A DNA stretch of 64,000 nucleotides from an uncultured bacterium (GCA_965112635.1 OZ218778.1:1056001-1120000); one strand, 5' to 3'. Positions 1 to 10,206 are shown, counted from the first letter of the stretch. Notes: generated by a model from the sequence alone, not told the origin. Translations and numbers: made by a program.

Positions 1-1
1 G

Positions 2-97
2 GAGTACGTGAAACTAGACCTGTGCCTGAACGAGGAAAATGTTTTTGAGGAACAGCAGATGGGCTTCCTCAGGCGGATGGTCAAGGATTTTAACTAG
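2..97 (+). CDS. 3' end of an unidentified CDS entering the window (EYVKLDLCLNEENVFEEQQMGFLRRMVKDFN*)
   Basis: Open frame from the window edge to TAG at 95-97; too short to identify. Confidence 0.4.
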   Translation, partial: EYVKLDLCLNEENVFEEQQMGFLRRMVKDFN

Positions 98-185
98 CCT
101 GCCCGATGGGTTGTGAGAGTCCTGGGCAGACTAGTTGCCCCCAAAATCCAGTGTGATTTTGGGGTTTATCATTTAGGAGGGTGAT

Positions 186-581
186 ATGCCGAAAAGTTCT
201 TACGAGGGTCTGCAGAAAAAAGTCAGAAACCTCAAAACCCCAGCCATCGCGACCTGGGCCAACCAGTATCCGGACCGGGAATACACCATCAATATGACTA
301 TCCCCGAGTTTACCTGCGTGTGCCCCAAGACCGGCCAGCCAGATTTCGCCACCCTGCACCTTTCCTATGTGCCGGACCGGCGTTGCGTGGAACTAAAATC
401 CTTTAAGCTGTATATCAATTTCTTCCGTTCCGTGGGAATATTCCACGAGCACGCGGTGAACAGAATTTTGGACGATTTTGTGAAGGCCTGTGAACCCAGA
501 AAAGCCAGTTTGACCGGTGATTTTAACACCAGGGGTGGTATCCATACCGCTGTTTCAGCCCAATATCTGGGGCCCCAGTGA
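186..581 (+). CDS. queF: NADPH-dependent 7-cyano-7-deazaguanine (preQ0) reductase, short type I
   Basis: PEFTCVCPKTGQPDFA, VELKSFKLY, FHE and RGGI motifs; RBS AGGAGG upstream. Confidence 0.95.
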   Translation: MPKSSYEGLQKKVRNLKTPAIATWANQYPDREYTINMTIPEFTCVCPKTGQPDFATLHLSYVPDRRCVELKSFKLYINFFRSVGIFHEHAVNRILDDFVKACEPRKASLTGDFNTRGGIHTAVSAQYLGPQ

Positions 582-624
582 TCTCTCCAGCCGGTTGCTT
601 TCTATATATACAGGCGGTCACCTA

Positions 625-1281
625 TCATTGAGGCCAGCCAATAGTCTGGCTAAGGATTATTTTTTGGGTATCTTTTAATCCCATTTTCTTGGCCAGTTCC
701 TTGCTGTCCATCATGCCCCGGACCACAGTGCCCAATCCGCTGGAAGCGCAAAACAGGTAAACATTTTGGCTGATAAATCCCGTATCCGTGGCAGAGTAAA
801 AACTGCTTGTTTCCGGCGATAATTTACTCATTTTGGACAGGTCAGCCACAAAGATGAGGTTGAGGGGCGCGTCTTTAACGAACGGCTGTTTGCCGGTCAA
901 AGCCCGAATGTCCTCGGCCAGGATAGGCAACAGCTTGTTGTCCTGGGCGTCATAAAGGTAAAGGCCGCCAGCCATGGCCGCGTAAATGTCTATCTCCTGC
1001 ATGTTCATGGCCGAAGGCGCGGTGCGGCCGCCTTTATCGGTCCGGTTGATGCCAAAAGCGGCCCAAAGCAGGTTGGACAGGGTCTGCAAGGGAATTTTTT
1101 TATCCGAAAAAGAGCGAATGGATTTGCGCTCCTTGAGGACGCGCATCAAGGGTTTGCCGCCGTCCATCTGCGGCTCCAGCAGGTTGATGGGTTTGAGCTC
1201 CTGGGCCCGCAAAGGCCAGGCGCTGGCCAGGAACAGGATAGAAAATAACACTCCGCCGATTTTATTTCTCGTGACAGACAT
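625..1281 (-). CDS. SagB/ThcOx-type nitroreductase family protein with N-terminal signal peptide
   Basis: RKSIRSFS, RTAPSA and DTGFISQNVYL motifs; AAGGAGG RBS places the start at MSVTRNK (1281). Confidence 0.85.
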   Translation of the reverse strand: MSVTRNKIGGVLFSILFLASAWPLRAQELKPINLLEPQMDGGKPLMRVLKERKSIRSFSDKKIPLQTLSNLLWAAFGINRTDKGGRTAPSAMNMQEIDIYAAMAGGLYLYDAQDNKLLPILAEDIRALTGKQPFVKDAPLNLIFVADLSKMSKLSPETSSFYSATDTGFISQNVYLFCASSGLGTVVRGMMDSKELAKKMGLKDTQKIILSQTIGWPQ

Positions 1282-1404
1282 CGTAACCTCCTTAGATGAA
1301 TGGGATTGGCTTAATTGTGCCATAAAATTGCATGATTTTCTGCCTAATCTTTGCGTCCTCAAAATTACCCTCTGGACAAAAATTTAAGGTAAAATTCTTA
1401 GGTA

Positions 1405-1621
1405 GTGGGTCTCCTGCGGGCACAGCCCGTGGCTCCCACAAAACATTCAGTCCGCTCGCCTAGACGGCGAAGCCGGTCTGGCCTCCGGCGGACTGACCAA
1501 AGGAGTATCTTCCTTTGGAATCCTCTCGGAGAGGAATAGTTTATAAAACTAGCGTTTTTTCATCCACGGGCAGAGCTCGCCTAGTCGGCGAAGCGACTGG
1601 CCCGTGGTCTTCAAAACGCTA
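1405..1621. repeat. Cluster of palindromes (IS200/IS605-end-like or REP-like) with two nested 25-27 bp insertions
   Basis: Hairpins at 1414-1432, 1447-1496 and 1564-1607; TTCATCC at 1559; related inserts at 1456-1482 and 1577-1601. Confidence 0.65.
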
Positions 1622-1648
1622 TTCCGATAAAGAACCCGGGGAGATGCA

Positions 1649-2503
1649 ATGAAAGTAAAAGTTTCGGTCTTGTTTCTATCCGTTACCTTTGTGCTGTCTC
1701 TATGGCTGGTGGTTCCCAAGGGTTTTGGGGATAACCTGGCTAGGTATTATCTAAAAAACGGAAATGACAAAGCCAAACTAGGGGATCCTAAAGGGGCGTT
1801 AGAAGAGCTCAATAAAGCGGTCGACGCGGACCCGTCCCTTTTTGCCGCATATTATTCGCGGAGCGAGGCGGAATTTTCTTTAAAGGATTACGCGGGAGCG
1901 ATCCGCGACCTGGATAGATTCATCGAGTTCCAGCCCCAGTTCGCCAAGGCCTATTTTTTACGGGGATGCATCAAGCAGATCAAAAAAGACCTCAAGGGAG
2001 CCATGACGGACTTTAACCAGGCCCTGGGTTTGGATCATGAGAATGGGGATGCCTATTTTAGCCGGGGTTCTTTGGAAGAGAGTTTGGGGAATTACGAGGA
2101 CGCCATACGCGATTATGACAGGACAGTGACCCTGAACCCTAAAAATTGGCTAGCATTCTTCAAGAGGGGCAGCATTTATTGGGCCGAAAGGAACTACAAA
2201 GCGACTGTCAAAGATTATAACCAGGTCATCAAATTGAAGCCCGATTTTTCAGATGCCTATAATGGCCGGGCCAGCGCGGAATATCAGTTGCAGCATTACG
2301 AGGATGCCATAAAGGACTGCGACAAGGCCTTAAAACTTGACCTCAAACTTGCCCAGGCCATGAATACCAGGGGTTGCGCGAAATATATGATGGGGGACCA
2401 GCAAGGCGCCCTTAAAGATTTGGATACCGCCTATAGGATGGGATACAAAAAAGCCGCAGAGACCATAAACAAGATACAAAAATCCGGCGGCCCCTTGCGG
2501 TAA
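1649..2503 (+). CDS. Exported tetratricopeptide repeat protein
   Basis: Signal-like N-terminus followed by about seven 34-aa AYxxRG...AIxDY repeats. Confidence 0.9.
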   Translation: MKVKVSVLFLSVTFVLSLWLVVPKGFGDNLARYYLKNGNDKAKLGDPKGALEELNKAVDADPSLFAAYYSRSEAEFSLKDYAGAIRDLDRFIEFQPQFAKAYFLRGCIKQIKKDLKGAMTDFNQALGLDHENGDAYFSRGSLEESLGNYEDAIRDYDRTVTLNPKNWLAFFKRGSIYWAERNYKATVKDYNQVIKLKPDFSDAYNGRASAEYQLQHYEDAIKDCDKALKLDLKLAQAMNTRGCAKYMMGDQQGALKDLDTAYRMGYKKAAETINKIQKSGGPLR

Positions 2504-2602
2504 GTTTTTTGATTTAACTTGGGAAGCGGACCATGAAAAAGGCTTTGCCTGTTTTGTCCCCAGTCCTTTTCCTGATGCTCGGTTCTTTTAATCCTTATCC
2601 AA

Positions 2603-2611
2603 TGTTATAAT
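2603..2611 (+). promoter_or_regulatory. Extended -10 promoter element upstream of mfd
   Basis: TGTTATAAT (TGn-TATAAT). Confidence 0.45.
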
Positions 2612-2716
2612 ACCCCTACAATTTATTGATCCTTTACAGGGCTGTGCCGGGAGGCAGAGCCCTTTTGGCGTTTCCGAACAGCCGGAAGATAATTAAATTT
2701 ACCCAGGAAAAGGAAG

Positions 2717-5700
2717 ATGTTTTTAGACGAAGTTCTGCCCAAAATTGAAAAACTGGCCAGTTTCCAGAAGCTCAACAACTGCCTGGCCAAAGCCAACCCC
2801 AGAATCGTGGTGGCTGGACAGGGGTTGTGGGGCACGAGCCGGGCTTTTTTCCTCGGCCTGCTGCGCAAAACACGGCAAAAGCCCTTTTTAGTCATCACCC
2901 GGCAGGAGGAACAGGCGTGGGAAATGGCTGAAGACCTCGAGGCCTTGATCGAAGAAGAGGGGGTCGTAAGCTGGTTCCCTTCATGGCAGATCCTGGCTTA
3001 TGACCCCTTGCCGGTGACCCCGGAAATATCGGAAAAACGGGTGATGGCCATGTATGAGGCTCTGAGCCAGAGTTTGTCGGGCAGAGGGAAAAATTTGCCC
3101 ATCCTGGTGGCCTCTTTAGAGGCTTTGCTCGTGAGGACCCTGCCTCCCGAGGAATTTTTAGACAGCCTGCTGGTCTTTAAAAAAGGCGAGGAGATCCCGT
3201 TCGGCGATTTGCCAGCCAGGCTGAGCGAGACTGGGTACGAGCGGGTGTCCCAGGTGGAAAAAAGGAGGGAGTTCGCCCTAAGGGGCGGCATCCTGGATAT
3301 TTACGGGCCCTTGGCAGAGATTAAGTTCCTTTCCCAATCCCCTGAGGCCGCGATGCAGGCCAACCACAACGAAAGCCTGTGCCTGCGGGTGGAGTTCGAA
3401 GGGGATGAAGTCGTGTCCTTGAGACTCTTTGATGTTTTGAGCCAGCAGTCTTACGCCAGGCTGGAATCCTGCGTGGTTTTGCCCGGTTCAGAATTGCGGC
3501 TCAAGGGCGGAATTGGAGCGGGGCGTCAGGAAGGGTCTGCTGGAGCGGAAGCCGGGGTCCGTTTCCCCGGAGTGGAAAATTATTTACCGAGATATTACGA
3601 CAAAACCTGCTCCCTGCTGGATTACCTGAGCCCTGAAACCATCCTTTGGCTGGAAGAACCCGGGGAAATGGAGGTCGAGGAACAAAAACATAATGAACGG
3701 GCGCAGAGATTGTATGAGAGCGCCAAAGGACGGGGGGAAGCCTGTTTGGCCCCGCACGAACGGTATTTTAACCTCGGCCATTTGATGGAACAGGCCGGCA
3801 GGCATACCCTGGTCCTGGCCTCCCTGCTCCAGCAGGCCCATGAACTGGCCCAACCGGAGGCAATGGTCCAATTCAGCGTCAGATCCAACGAGCCCTTTCA
3901 GGGCAAGTTCCCCTTGCTGATGGAAGAGCTGGCCTCCTGGAAACAAAGAGGCACCGAAGTGCATTTCCTGTGCCACAACGAGGGCGAAAAACAGCGGTTG
4001 CAGGAGCTTTTAAAAGAAAACGACCAGCTGAGCCCGCATTTTTATTTCCGCGAAAACCTGCTGAGGGCCGGGTTTTTTATGCCAGAAATATCTCTGGGGC
4101 TGGTGTCCAACCAGGAAATATTCGGCAGGATGTACCAGAAGGTCAAGCGCAAGTCCAGCCCCTACTCGGCCAAAGGCCGGGGACTTTCCAGCCTGGCCGA
4201 GATCGGCAAGGGAGACTACCTGGTCCACAAGGAACACGGCATCGCCATTTACCGGGGCCTGACCAGGTTAAAAGTGGAAGGGAACGAAAGCGATTACATC
4301 ACCCTGCAGTACGCCGACAACGACAAGCTCTACGTGCCCGTGGACCAGCTGGACAAGATACGCCGCTACACGGGAAGCAGCGCGCCGCCCAAGATCTACA
4401 GACTGGGAGGGGCGTCCTGGGACCAGGTCAAGGAAAAGGTCAAAGGCTCGATCCAGGAGATGGCCCGGGAATTGCTGGAGCTTTACGCCGAACGCAGCAG
4501 CGCCCAGGGGCACGCTTTTGCGGGGGACACGCCCTGGCAGAGCGAGTTCGAGTCCTCGTTCGTTTACCAGGAGACCGCGGACCAGGCCACGGCCACAAGC
4601 GAGATCAAGCGGACTTTAGAACAGCCCCAGCCCATGGACTACCTGCTCTGCGGGGATGTGGGCTACGGCAAGACCGAGGTGGCCATGCGGGCCGCTTTTA
4701 AGGTGATGATGGACAAAAAACAGGTGGCGGTCCTGGTGCCCACCACTTTGCTGGCCGAGCAGCACTTTTTCACTTTCAGCCAGCGCTTCGCGGACTATCC
4801 GGTCCGGGTGGCCATGCTGTCCAGGTTCAAAACAAGGGCCGAGCAGGCCAAGATCGTGCAGGAACTGGGGGAGGGCAAAGTGGACCTGGTCATCGGCACC
4901 CACAGGCTCCTGCAAAAGGATATTGTGTTCCGCGACCTGGGACTGCTCATCATCGACGAGGAGCACCGGTTCGGGGTGGGCCACAAGGAAAAGCTGAAAC
5001 AGCTGAAGACCACCGTGGACGTTCTGTCCCTGACGGCCACGCCCATCCCCCGCACCCTGCACATGGCTTTCAGCGGTCTGCGGCCCATGAGCCTCATCGC
5101 CACCCCGCCCTTGAACCGCCTGCCCATCCAGACCTTTGTCCAGCCCTACCGGGAAGAGACCGTGCGCGAAGCCATCTGGCGGGAGATCAACCGGGGCGGG
5201 CAGGTCTTTTACGTGCACAACCGGGTGCGGGACATCCAGAGGGCCAAGGAACAGCTGCAGGCCATTGTGCCTGACGCCCGGGTGTGCGTGGCCCACGGCC
5301 AGATGGACGAAAAAGAGCTGGAGCAGGTGATGAAGGCGTTCCTGGGGCGGGCCTACGACGTGCTGATGTCCACTTCCATCATCGAGTCCGGCCTGGACAT
5401 CCCCACGGTCAACACGCTCGTCATCGAGGACGCGGAAAATTTCGGGCTGGCCCAGCTCTACCAGCTGCGCGGCCGGGTGGGCCGGAGCGAGGAAAAAGCC
5501 TACGCCTACCTATTGTATTCACCGGACCAGGTCATCGACGAGAACGCCAAAAAAAGGTTGAGGTCCATCCAGGAGTTCACGGAGCTGGGGTCGGGGTTCA
5601 GGCTGGCCATGCGGGATTTGGAGATACGGGGAGCCGGGAACCTTTTAGGCAAGGCCCAGCACGGCAATATGCAGGCCGTGGGGTTTGACCTGTATTGCGA

Positions 5701-6208
5701 GCTCCTACAGGAGGCCGTGGCCAACCTGAAACAGGGGGCCGTTCCGGTCATTGAAGAACGGCCGGAGATCGTGGTCCCGGTGGATGCCTATTTCCCGGAC
5801 GATTATATTCCGGATTCCAGCACCAAGATACAACTCTACGAAAGGCTGCTGCAGCTCAAGACCTTGACTGAGGTGGACGATTTCAGCCTGGAGATGCTGG
5901 ACCGTTTCGGGGCCGTTCCGGCGGAAGCACGGGCCGTGCTCTTAGCCGCCAAGGTGAGGATCCTGTGCCCTTCCTGCGGCATCAAAAAGGTCAGGATGGA
6001 CGAGGAGATGTTTTCCCTGGTCTTTTCCGACCTCAAAACCGTTTCTTTAAAGACCTTGGAAAAAGCTTTTGGCCAGGGAATGATGAAACCTTCCTGCTGC
6101 AGCGTCCAACCGGACGGATCGCTTTTGTTCAAAAAAAACATGGGGTTGGAGGAGTTGATTACCTTGTTGCAAAGACTGGCGGACTATGTTAGTTTCAAAA
6201 AACCTTAA
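2717..6208 (+). CDS. mfd: Transcription-repair coupling factor
   Basis: UvrB-homology N-terminus, CarD-like RID (HKEHGIAIY), GDVGYGKT, DEEH, TATPIPRT, QLRGRVGR and TRG motif. Confidence 0.98.
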   Translation: MFLDEVLPKIEKLASFQKLNNCLAKANPRIVVAGQGLWGTSRAFFLGLLRKTRQKPFLVITRQEEQAWEMAEDLEALIEEEGVVSWFPSWQILAYDPLPVTPEISEKRVMAMYEALSQSLSGRGKNLPILVASLEALLVRTLPPEEFLDSLLVFKKGEEIPFGDLPARLSETGYERVSQVEKRREFALRGGILDIYGPLAEIKFLSQSPEAAMQANHNESLCLRVEFEGDEVVSLRLFDVLSQQSYARLESCVVLPGSELRLKGGIGAGRQEGSAGAEAGVRFPGVENYLPRYYDKTCSLLDYLSPETILWLEEPGEMEVEEQKHNERAQRLYESAKGRGEACLAPHERYFNLGHLMEQAGRHTLVLASLLQQAHELAQPEAMVQFSVRSNEPFQGKFPLLMEELASWKQRGTEVHFLCHNEGEKQRLQELLKENDQLSPHFYFRENLLRAGFFMPEISLGLVSNQEIFGRMYQKVKRKSSPYSAKGRGLSSLAEIGKGDYLVHKEHGIAIYRGLTRLKVEGNESDYITLQYADNDKLYVPVDQLDKIRRYTGSSAPPKIYRLGGASWDQVKEKVKGSIQEMARELLELYAERSSAQGHAFAGDTPWQSEFESSFVYQETADQATATSEIKRTLEQPQPMDYLLCGDVGYGKTEVAMRAAFKVMMDKKQVAVLVPTTLLAEQHFFTFSQRFADYPVRVAMLSRFKTRAEQAKIVQELGEGKVDLVIGTHRLLQKDIVFRDLGLLIIDEEHRFGVGHKEKLKQLKTTVDVLSLTATPIPRTLHMAFSGLRPMSLIATPPLNRLPIQTFVQPYREETVREAIWREINRGGQVFYVHNRVRDIQRAKEQLQAIVPDARVCVAHGQMDEKELEQVMKAFLGRAYDVLMSTSIIESGLDIPTVNTLVIEDAENFGLAQLYQLRGRVGRSEEKAYAYLLYSPDQVIDENAKKRLRSIQEFTELGSGFRLAMRDLEIRGAGNLLGKAQHGNMQAVGFDLYCELLQEAVANLKQGAVPVIEERPEIVVPVDAYFPDDYIPDSSTKIQLYERLLQLKTLTEVDDFSLEMLDRFGAVPAEARAVLLAAKVRILCPSCGIKKVRMDEEMFSLVFSDLKTVSLKTLEKAFGQGMMKPSCCSVQPDGSLLFKKNMGLEELITLLQRLADYVSFKKP

Positions 6209-6226
6209 GCGGTCCGGAGACCATTT

Positions 6227-7177
6227 ATGCCCGTGAAAAAAATTTTACGAACGTCCTGCCTCTTGTTCCTGACCATAGTCCTCTTGGCCGGATGCCAGAA
6301 AAACCGCGGCTTGGATTCACAGGGTCCGGACAAGGAAGACATTTTGGCCATGGTCAACGGTGAACCCATCACCATGGAAGACCTTGATAACGAGAGGGAT
6401 TTGAGCCCTCTGCCCAAGCACTCCAGCGCGGCCAGGGCGGTCCAGGACATCAACCAAGCCCTTTTTGAGCAGCTCGTGGAAAGGAAGCTCCTCCTGCAGG
6501 AGGCCAGGCGCCGGCATATCCAGGTCAGCCCAGAAGAGGTCCAGGACGAGATCAGGGGCAGCGCGGGCAATCTTTCCCTGAACCAACTGCACCGGTTCCT
6601 GAGCGACCAGGGCGAGGATGTGCAGGAATGGCAAAAGCGGCTTTCGGAAGAATTGCTCATCAACAAGCTGCTGCAGGAGCTGACCAAGAAGATCACGGCG
6701 GTCTCTGCAGCGGAGGAAAAGGACTACTACGCCAAGCATGTTTCCACGGAGTTCAGGGAGCCGGCCAAGGTTAAAGTCAGGCAGATCCTGGTCCGGTCGG
6801 AGCGGAAGGCCGAAGCCGTCCTCAAGGAGCTCAAGAAAAAAGCGGATTTTGGCGATCTGGCAAGGGAAAAATCCCTTGCGCCTGATGCCAAAAAAGGCGG
6901 GGACTGGGGGTACTGCTCCTATGACGACCTTCCCGCGCCGCTGGCCCAGGTCATCTTTGACCTGGATCCCGGAGAGGTCAGCAAGCCGGTCAAAAGCGCC
7001 TACGGCTACCATATTTTCCTGGCCGAAGCGAGACGGAATGCCAGGGTCTTAACTTTCGAGGAAGCACAGGACACCATCAAGCAAAAGCTTTTGAATGAGA
7101 AAAAGAACGCCCTGATAGAAAAATTCCTTACCGAGCTTCCAAAAAATGCTAAAATCGAAATGTTAAAACCGCTTTAA
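6227..7177 (+). CDS. SurA/PrsA-like parvulin peptidyl-prolyl isomerase, lipoprotein
   Basis: Lipobox LAGC; VNGEPIT; parvulin motifs FGDLAREKS, GGDWG and SAYGYHI. Confidence 0.9.
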   Translation: MPVKKILRTSCLLFLTIVLLAGCQKNRGLDSQGPDKEDILAMVNGEPITMEDLDNERDLSPLPKHSSAARAVQDINQALFEQLVERKLLLQEARRRHIQVSPEEVQDEIRGSAGNLSLNQLHRFLSDQGEDVQEWQKRLSEELLINKLLQELTKKITAVSAAEEKDYYAKHVSTEFREPAKVKVRQILVRSERKAEAVLKELKKKADFGDLAREKSLAPDAKKGGDWGYCSYDDLPAPLAQVIFDLDPGEVSKPVKSAYGYHIFLAEARRNARVLTFEEAQDTIKQKLLNEKKNALIEKFLTELPKNAKIEMLKPL

Positions 7178-7205
7178 ATCTTTATAAAAAGAAGGCAGTG
7201 ACGAG

Positions 7206-8177
7206 ATGAAAAAACTGGTCCTCACTTTGGTTTTGGCCGTGGCCGTCGCCGGGTTCTGCCTGGCCGGAGCCGAGATCATCGACCGCATCGTGGCCAAGGT
7301 CAACGACAAGATCATCACACAGGGCGAGGTGGACGAGGCCTTGGCCAGCGTCCAGGTGGAAAAGGAAAAAAGCGGGGTCACCAATACGGCCAGGGAGCTG
7401 GACCGCAAGGAGGTCCTGGAAAAACTCATCGAAGAAAGGCTTTTGCTCCAGCAAGCCGGCCCTCTGGGCGTCCAGGTCAGGGACAAGGAGGTCGACGAGG
7501 CCGTCCGCGAGATCAAGCAGCGCTTCCCTAACCAGGACCTTTTTGAGCAAGCTCTGGCCAGGGAGGGGCTGAGCCCGGACGAGTTCAAAAACCGCATCCG
7601 CAACCAGATCATCGTCAAAAAAGTGGTGGACAAGCAGATCCGCTCCGCCGTCGAGATTACGGACGACGAGGCCGCGAAGTATTACGAGAAACATAAGGAC
7701 GAACTTAAAGAGCCGCAAAAGGTCCATATCCGGCATATCCTTATCAAGTCCGGGAAGGACAAGGCCAAGGCCCTGGCCAAGGCCCGCGAGGTCCAAGGGC
7801 TTTTGAAAAAAGGGAGTTCGTTCGAAAGCCTCGCCAAGGAATATTCGGACGACGAAGAGACCAGGGACAAGGGCGGGGACCTAGGGTTCATCAGCAAAGG
7901 GATGATCTTCCCGGAGATCGAAAAGGCGGCCTTTAAAGGCAAGGCCGGCAGCATGGCGGGGCCCGTGGAGAGCAAGCTGGGATTCCACCTGGTCCAGATC
8001 GTCGAGTTCGAGTCGGAAAAGACAAAGAGCCTTGACGATAGCATCGACGTGGAAGGGACCTCGGTGCCCATCCGCCAGTATGTCAAAAACATCATCCTGA
8101 CAGAAAAGGTCAAAGGCAAGCTGGACGACTGGGTCAAGGCCCTCAAAGAAAAAGCCATTATCGAAATGAAGAACTAG
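7206..8177 (+). CDS. SurA-like parvulin peptidyl-prolyl isomerase
   Basis: IDRIVAKVNDKIIT N-terminus; HIRHILI, FESLAKEYS, GGDLG and GFHLV. Confidence 0.9.
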   Translation: MKKLVLTLVLAVAVAGFCLAGAEIIDRIVAKVNDKIITQGEVDEALASVQVEKEKSGVTNTARELDRKEVLEKLIEERLLLQQAGPLGVQVRDKEVDEAVREIKQRFPNQDLFEQALAREGLSPDEFKNRIRNQIIVKKVVDKQIRSAVEITDDEAAKYYEKHKDELKEPQKVHIRHILIKSGKDKAKALAKAREVQGLLKKGSSFESLAKEYSDDEETRDKGGDLGFISKGMIFPEIEKAAFKGKAGSMAGPVESKLGFHLVQIVEFESEKTKSLDDSIDVEGTSVPIRQYVKNIILTEKVKGKLDDWVKALKEKAIIEMKN

Positions 8178-8192
8178 AACGGGAGAGAACCG

Positions 8193-8597
8193 ATGAGCCT
8201 TAAAAAATTGACAGCGCTGGTTCTGGCGGCCGCCCTGGCCCTGGCCGGGTGCGCTTCCACCCCCAAGAAAAAATCCAATATTATCGCCTACGAGGACATG
8301 GAAGGGACCATCTACCAGATCCCCCAGGCGGACAAGTTCCTGATCAAGACCGGACTGGGCAACGTGGTGGTCGTGGAAGTGACCGACGATACCGAATTTA
8401 AAAAGGACGGCGATGACAGCAAGTTTAAGGAGTTCAAGGAAAACGACTCCGTCAAGATCCACGGCAACACCGACCCGGAAAACCACGTTTTTGTCGCCGT
8501 CAGCGTAGAGACCGGCGAGGCCAAGGGCAAATCGGATTCCTTCACCTCACCGACAGACACCGGGCCTAACGGAATGCTGCCCGGACAGCATCATTGA
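8193..8597 (+). CDS. Small lipoprotein (OB-fold/DUF5666-like)
   Basis: Lipobox LAGC; beta-rich VxVTDDTEF...VKIHG pattern. Confidence 0.6.
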   Translation: MSLKKLTALVLAAALALAGCASTPKKKSNIIAYEDMEGTIYQIPQADKFLIKTGLGNVVVVEVTDDTEFKKDGDDSKFKEFKENDSVKIHGNTDPENHVFVAVSVETGEAKGKSDSFTSPTDTGPNGMLPGQHH

Positions 8598-9454
8598 GAC
8601 GGTTCGCCCTTTATTACGTCCTGTTGTTCCTGACCCTTTCCCTGGGAGGCGTTTACCTTATCATCCGCGGAACGCTTTTGGACCAGAAGGTCCATCCCCT
8701 CAGGACCTGGGTCGAGGTCAAAGAGCTGCCCGTAGCCTGCAACTGGGAGGTCAGGCAGACCAGCGCCATGGCCAAGGGCTTTCGCCTCATCCTGCAGGAA
8801 GGGTACCGGGGGAAGAAAAGGACCATTTTCCTGCGCTGGCAAAACCCGGGCGAGCCGGCGGGAGCCAGGATTCTTAAGGAAAAATTGTTGAAAAGACCGG
8901 GCCGGGGCAAGATGCTGGTGGGGCGCAGTCATTTTCCCAACCCCATCATCGTGCCTAAGACGGCGAGAGTGCTCAAAATCTACAAGTGCAGGGCTACGGC
9001 CTACACGCCGGGAGCCACGGATAACAGCGGGCTGTATGCGGGCGTGACGGCTTTGGGCTGGCCGGCGGGTTACGGGGTGGTTGCCGTGGACCCCAGGGTG
9101 ATCCCGCTGCGCAGCCTGCTCTACGTGGAGGGTTATGGGTTCGCCTGGGCCGCGGACACCGGAGGGGCGATCAAAGGAGACCGGGTTGACCTGTGTTTCC
9201 CTTCCAAAAAGAAAACGGACGCTTACGGGATTCGTAAGACATACGTGTACCTGGTCGGGCGCAGAGGGGCCAAGGAACCCATCATGGCTTCGGCAAATCT
9301 TTTTGACCAGATCCGGACCGACCCCGGATCGCTCCCTTTGAAAAAGATAAAAGAGGGTCTGAAAAAAGAGGCCCTGAAAAAAGCCAAGCATAAAAAGAGC
9401 CGGACCAAGGCCGTTCCGACGCCGGGCCTGACTCCGGCAGGAGAAAAATCCTGA
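8594..9454 (+). CDS. Membrane-anchored 3D-domain (MltA/Sps-like) cell-wall protein
   Basis: [15 protein letters not shown] and [15 protein letters not shown] motifs; N-terminal TM. Confidence 0.85.
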   Translation: MRRFALYYVLLFLTLSLGGVYLIIRGTLLDQKVHPLRTWVEVKELPVACNWEVRQTSAMAKGFRLILQEGYRGKKRTIFLRWQNPGEPAGARILKEKLLKRPGRGKMLVGRSHFPNPIIVPKTARVLKIYKCRATAYTPGATDNSGLYAGVTALGWPAGYGVVAVDPRVIPLRSLLYVEGYGFAWAADTGGAIKGDRVDLCFPSKKKTDAYGIRKTYVYLVGRRGAKEPIMASANLFDQIRTDPGSLPLKKIKEGLKKEALKKAKHKKSRTKAVPTPGLTPAGEKS

Positions 9455-9873
9455 TGTGGAAAAAGAAAAAGTGCTGGCATCCCATGCCGACCGTGGATAT
9501 GATCATTGAGAAGAACAAGGGCGTTGTCCTGGTCAAGCGGCGTTTCCCGCCGCTCGGCTGGGCGATCCCCGGAGGGTTCGTGGAGTACGGGGAGACCGTG
9601 GAGACCGCGGCCCGGCGCGAGGCCAAGGAAGAGACGGGTCTTACGCTTGTCGGCATGAAACAGTTCCATGTGTATTCGGACCCCAAGCGGGACCCCAGGC
9701 AGCATACCATCGCCACGGTGTTCACGTCCCGGGGCAAAGGAACGGTCAAGGGCGGTGACGACGCGGCAGAGGCCAAAGTCTTTTACGAGGGCAGGCTGCC
9801 CAGGCCGCTGGTGTTCGACCATCCCAGGATCTTGAGGGATTATTTCAAACAGAAAAAGAAGAAGCGCAGTTAA
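9454..9873 (+). CDS. NUDIX hydrolase (ADP-ribose pyrophosphatase-like)
   Basis: Nudix box [23 protein letters not shown]; RDPR motif. Confidence 0.92.
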   Translation: MWKKKKCWHPMPTVDMIIEKNKGVVLVKRRFPPLGWAIPGGFVEYGETVETAARREAKEETGLTLVGMKQFHVYSDPKRDPRQHTIATVFTSRGKGTVKGGDDAAEAKVFYEGRLPRPLVFDHPRILRDYFKQKKKKRS

Positions 9874-9894
9874 GAGTTAAGGCAGTGAGGTTTT

Positions 9895-10166
9895 GGCCAT
9901 ACTAGACGGGGAAGTAGCGGTGCCTTTAAAGCCGGCAATCCGCTTTAGCCGGGTCGAATCCCCGTTAGAGGCTCTGCCTGTTTTGCCCAGGACCTTTATC
10001 CCAGGCGTTGAAGGGGAGGCCCCAGGCAGCAAAAACTTACCAACCCCGCTAGGTCCGGAAGGAAGCAACGGTACGTAAGCCCTTTTGTCGTGTACTGGGG
10101 GCGCCGAACCTGAGCCCGGGATACGGGCACCGGCAGGACGGAATTGTCAAAGACGGGTGTATGGCC
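9895..10166 (+). ncRNA. ffs: Signal recognition particle RNA, large (Bacillus scRNA-type, with Alu domain)
   Basis: Terminal helix GGCCATAC/GTATGGCC; Alu-like GGGGAAGTAGCGGTGCC...GCAATCCGCT; S-domain AGGTCCGGAAGGAAGCA; directly upstream of dnaX. Confidence 0.93.
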
Positions 10167-10206
10167 AATTTTTTCCCTGGATCAGGGTATCCAGGAACGA
10201 GGGGTC

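Noticed and set aside
94-185. preQ1 riboswitch upstream of queF
   Set aside because: Two hairpins are present, but I see no preQ1-I loop/A-rich tail or other preQ1 class consensus
2533-2610. 25-aa ORF MKKALPVLSPVLFLMLGSFNPYPML resembling a signal peptide
   Set aside because: Weak SD and overlaps the likely mfd promoter; at most a gene remnant
2638-2664. Hairpin GGGCTGTGCC-GGGA-GGCAGAGCCC in the mfd leader as a riboswitch
   Set aside because: Single stem-loop with no recognisable aptamer motif
9877-10206. ORFs 9893-10078 and 9877-10068, and the 10144 N-terminal extension of dnaX
   Set aside because: They overlap the SRP RNA; dnaX homology begins at ATG 10207
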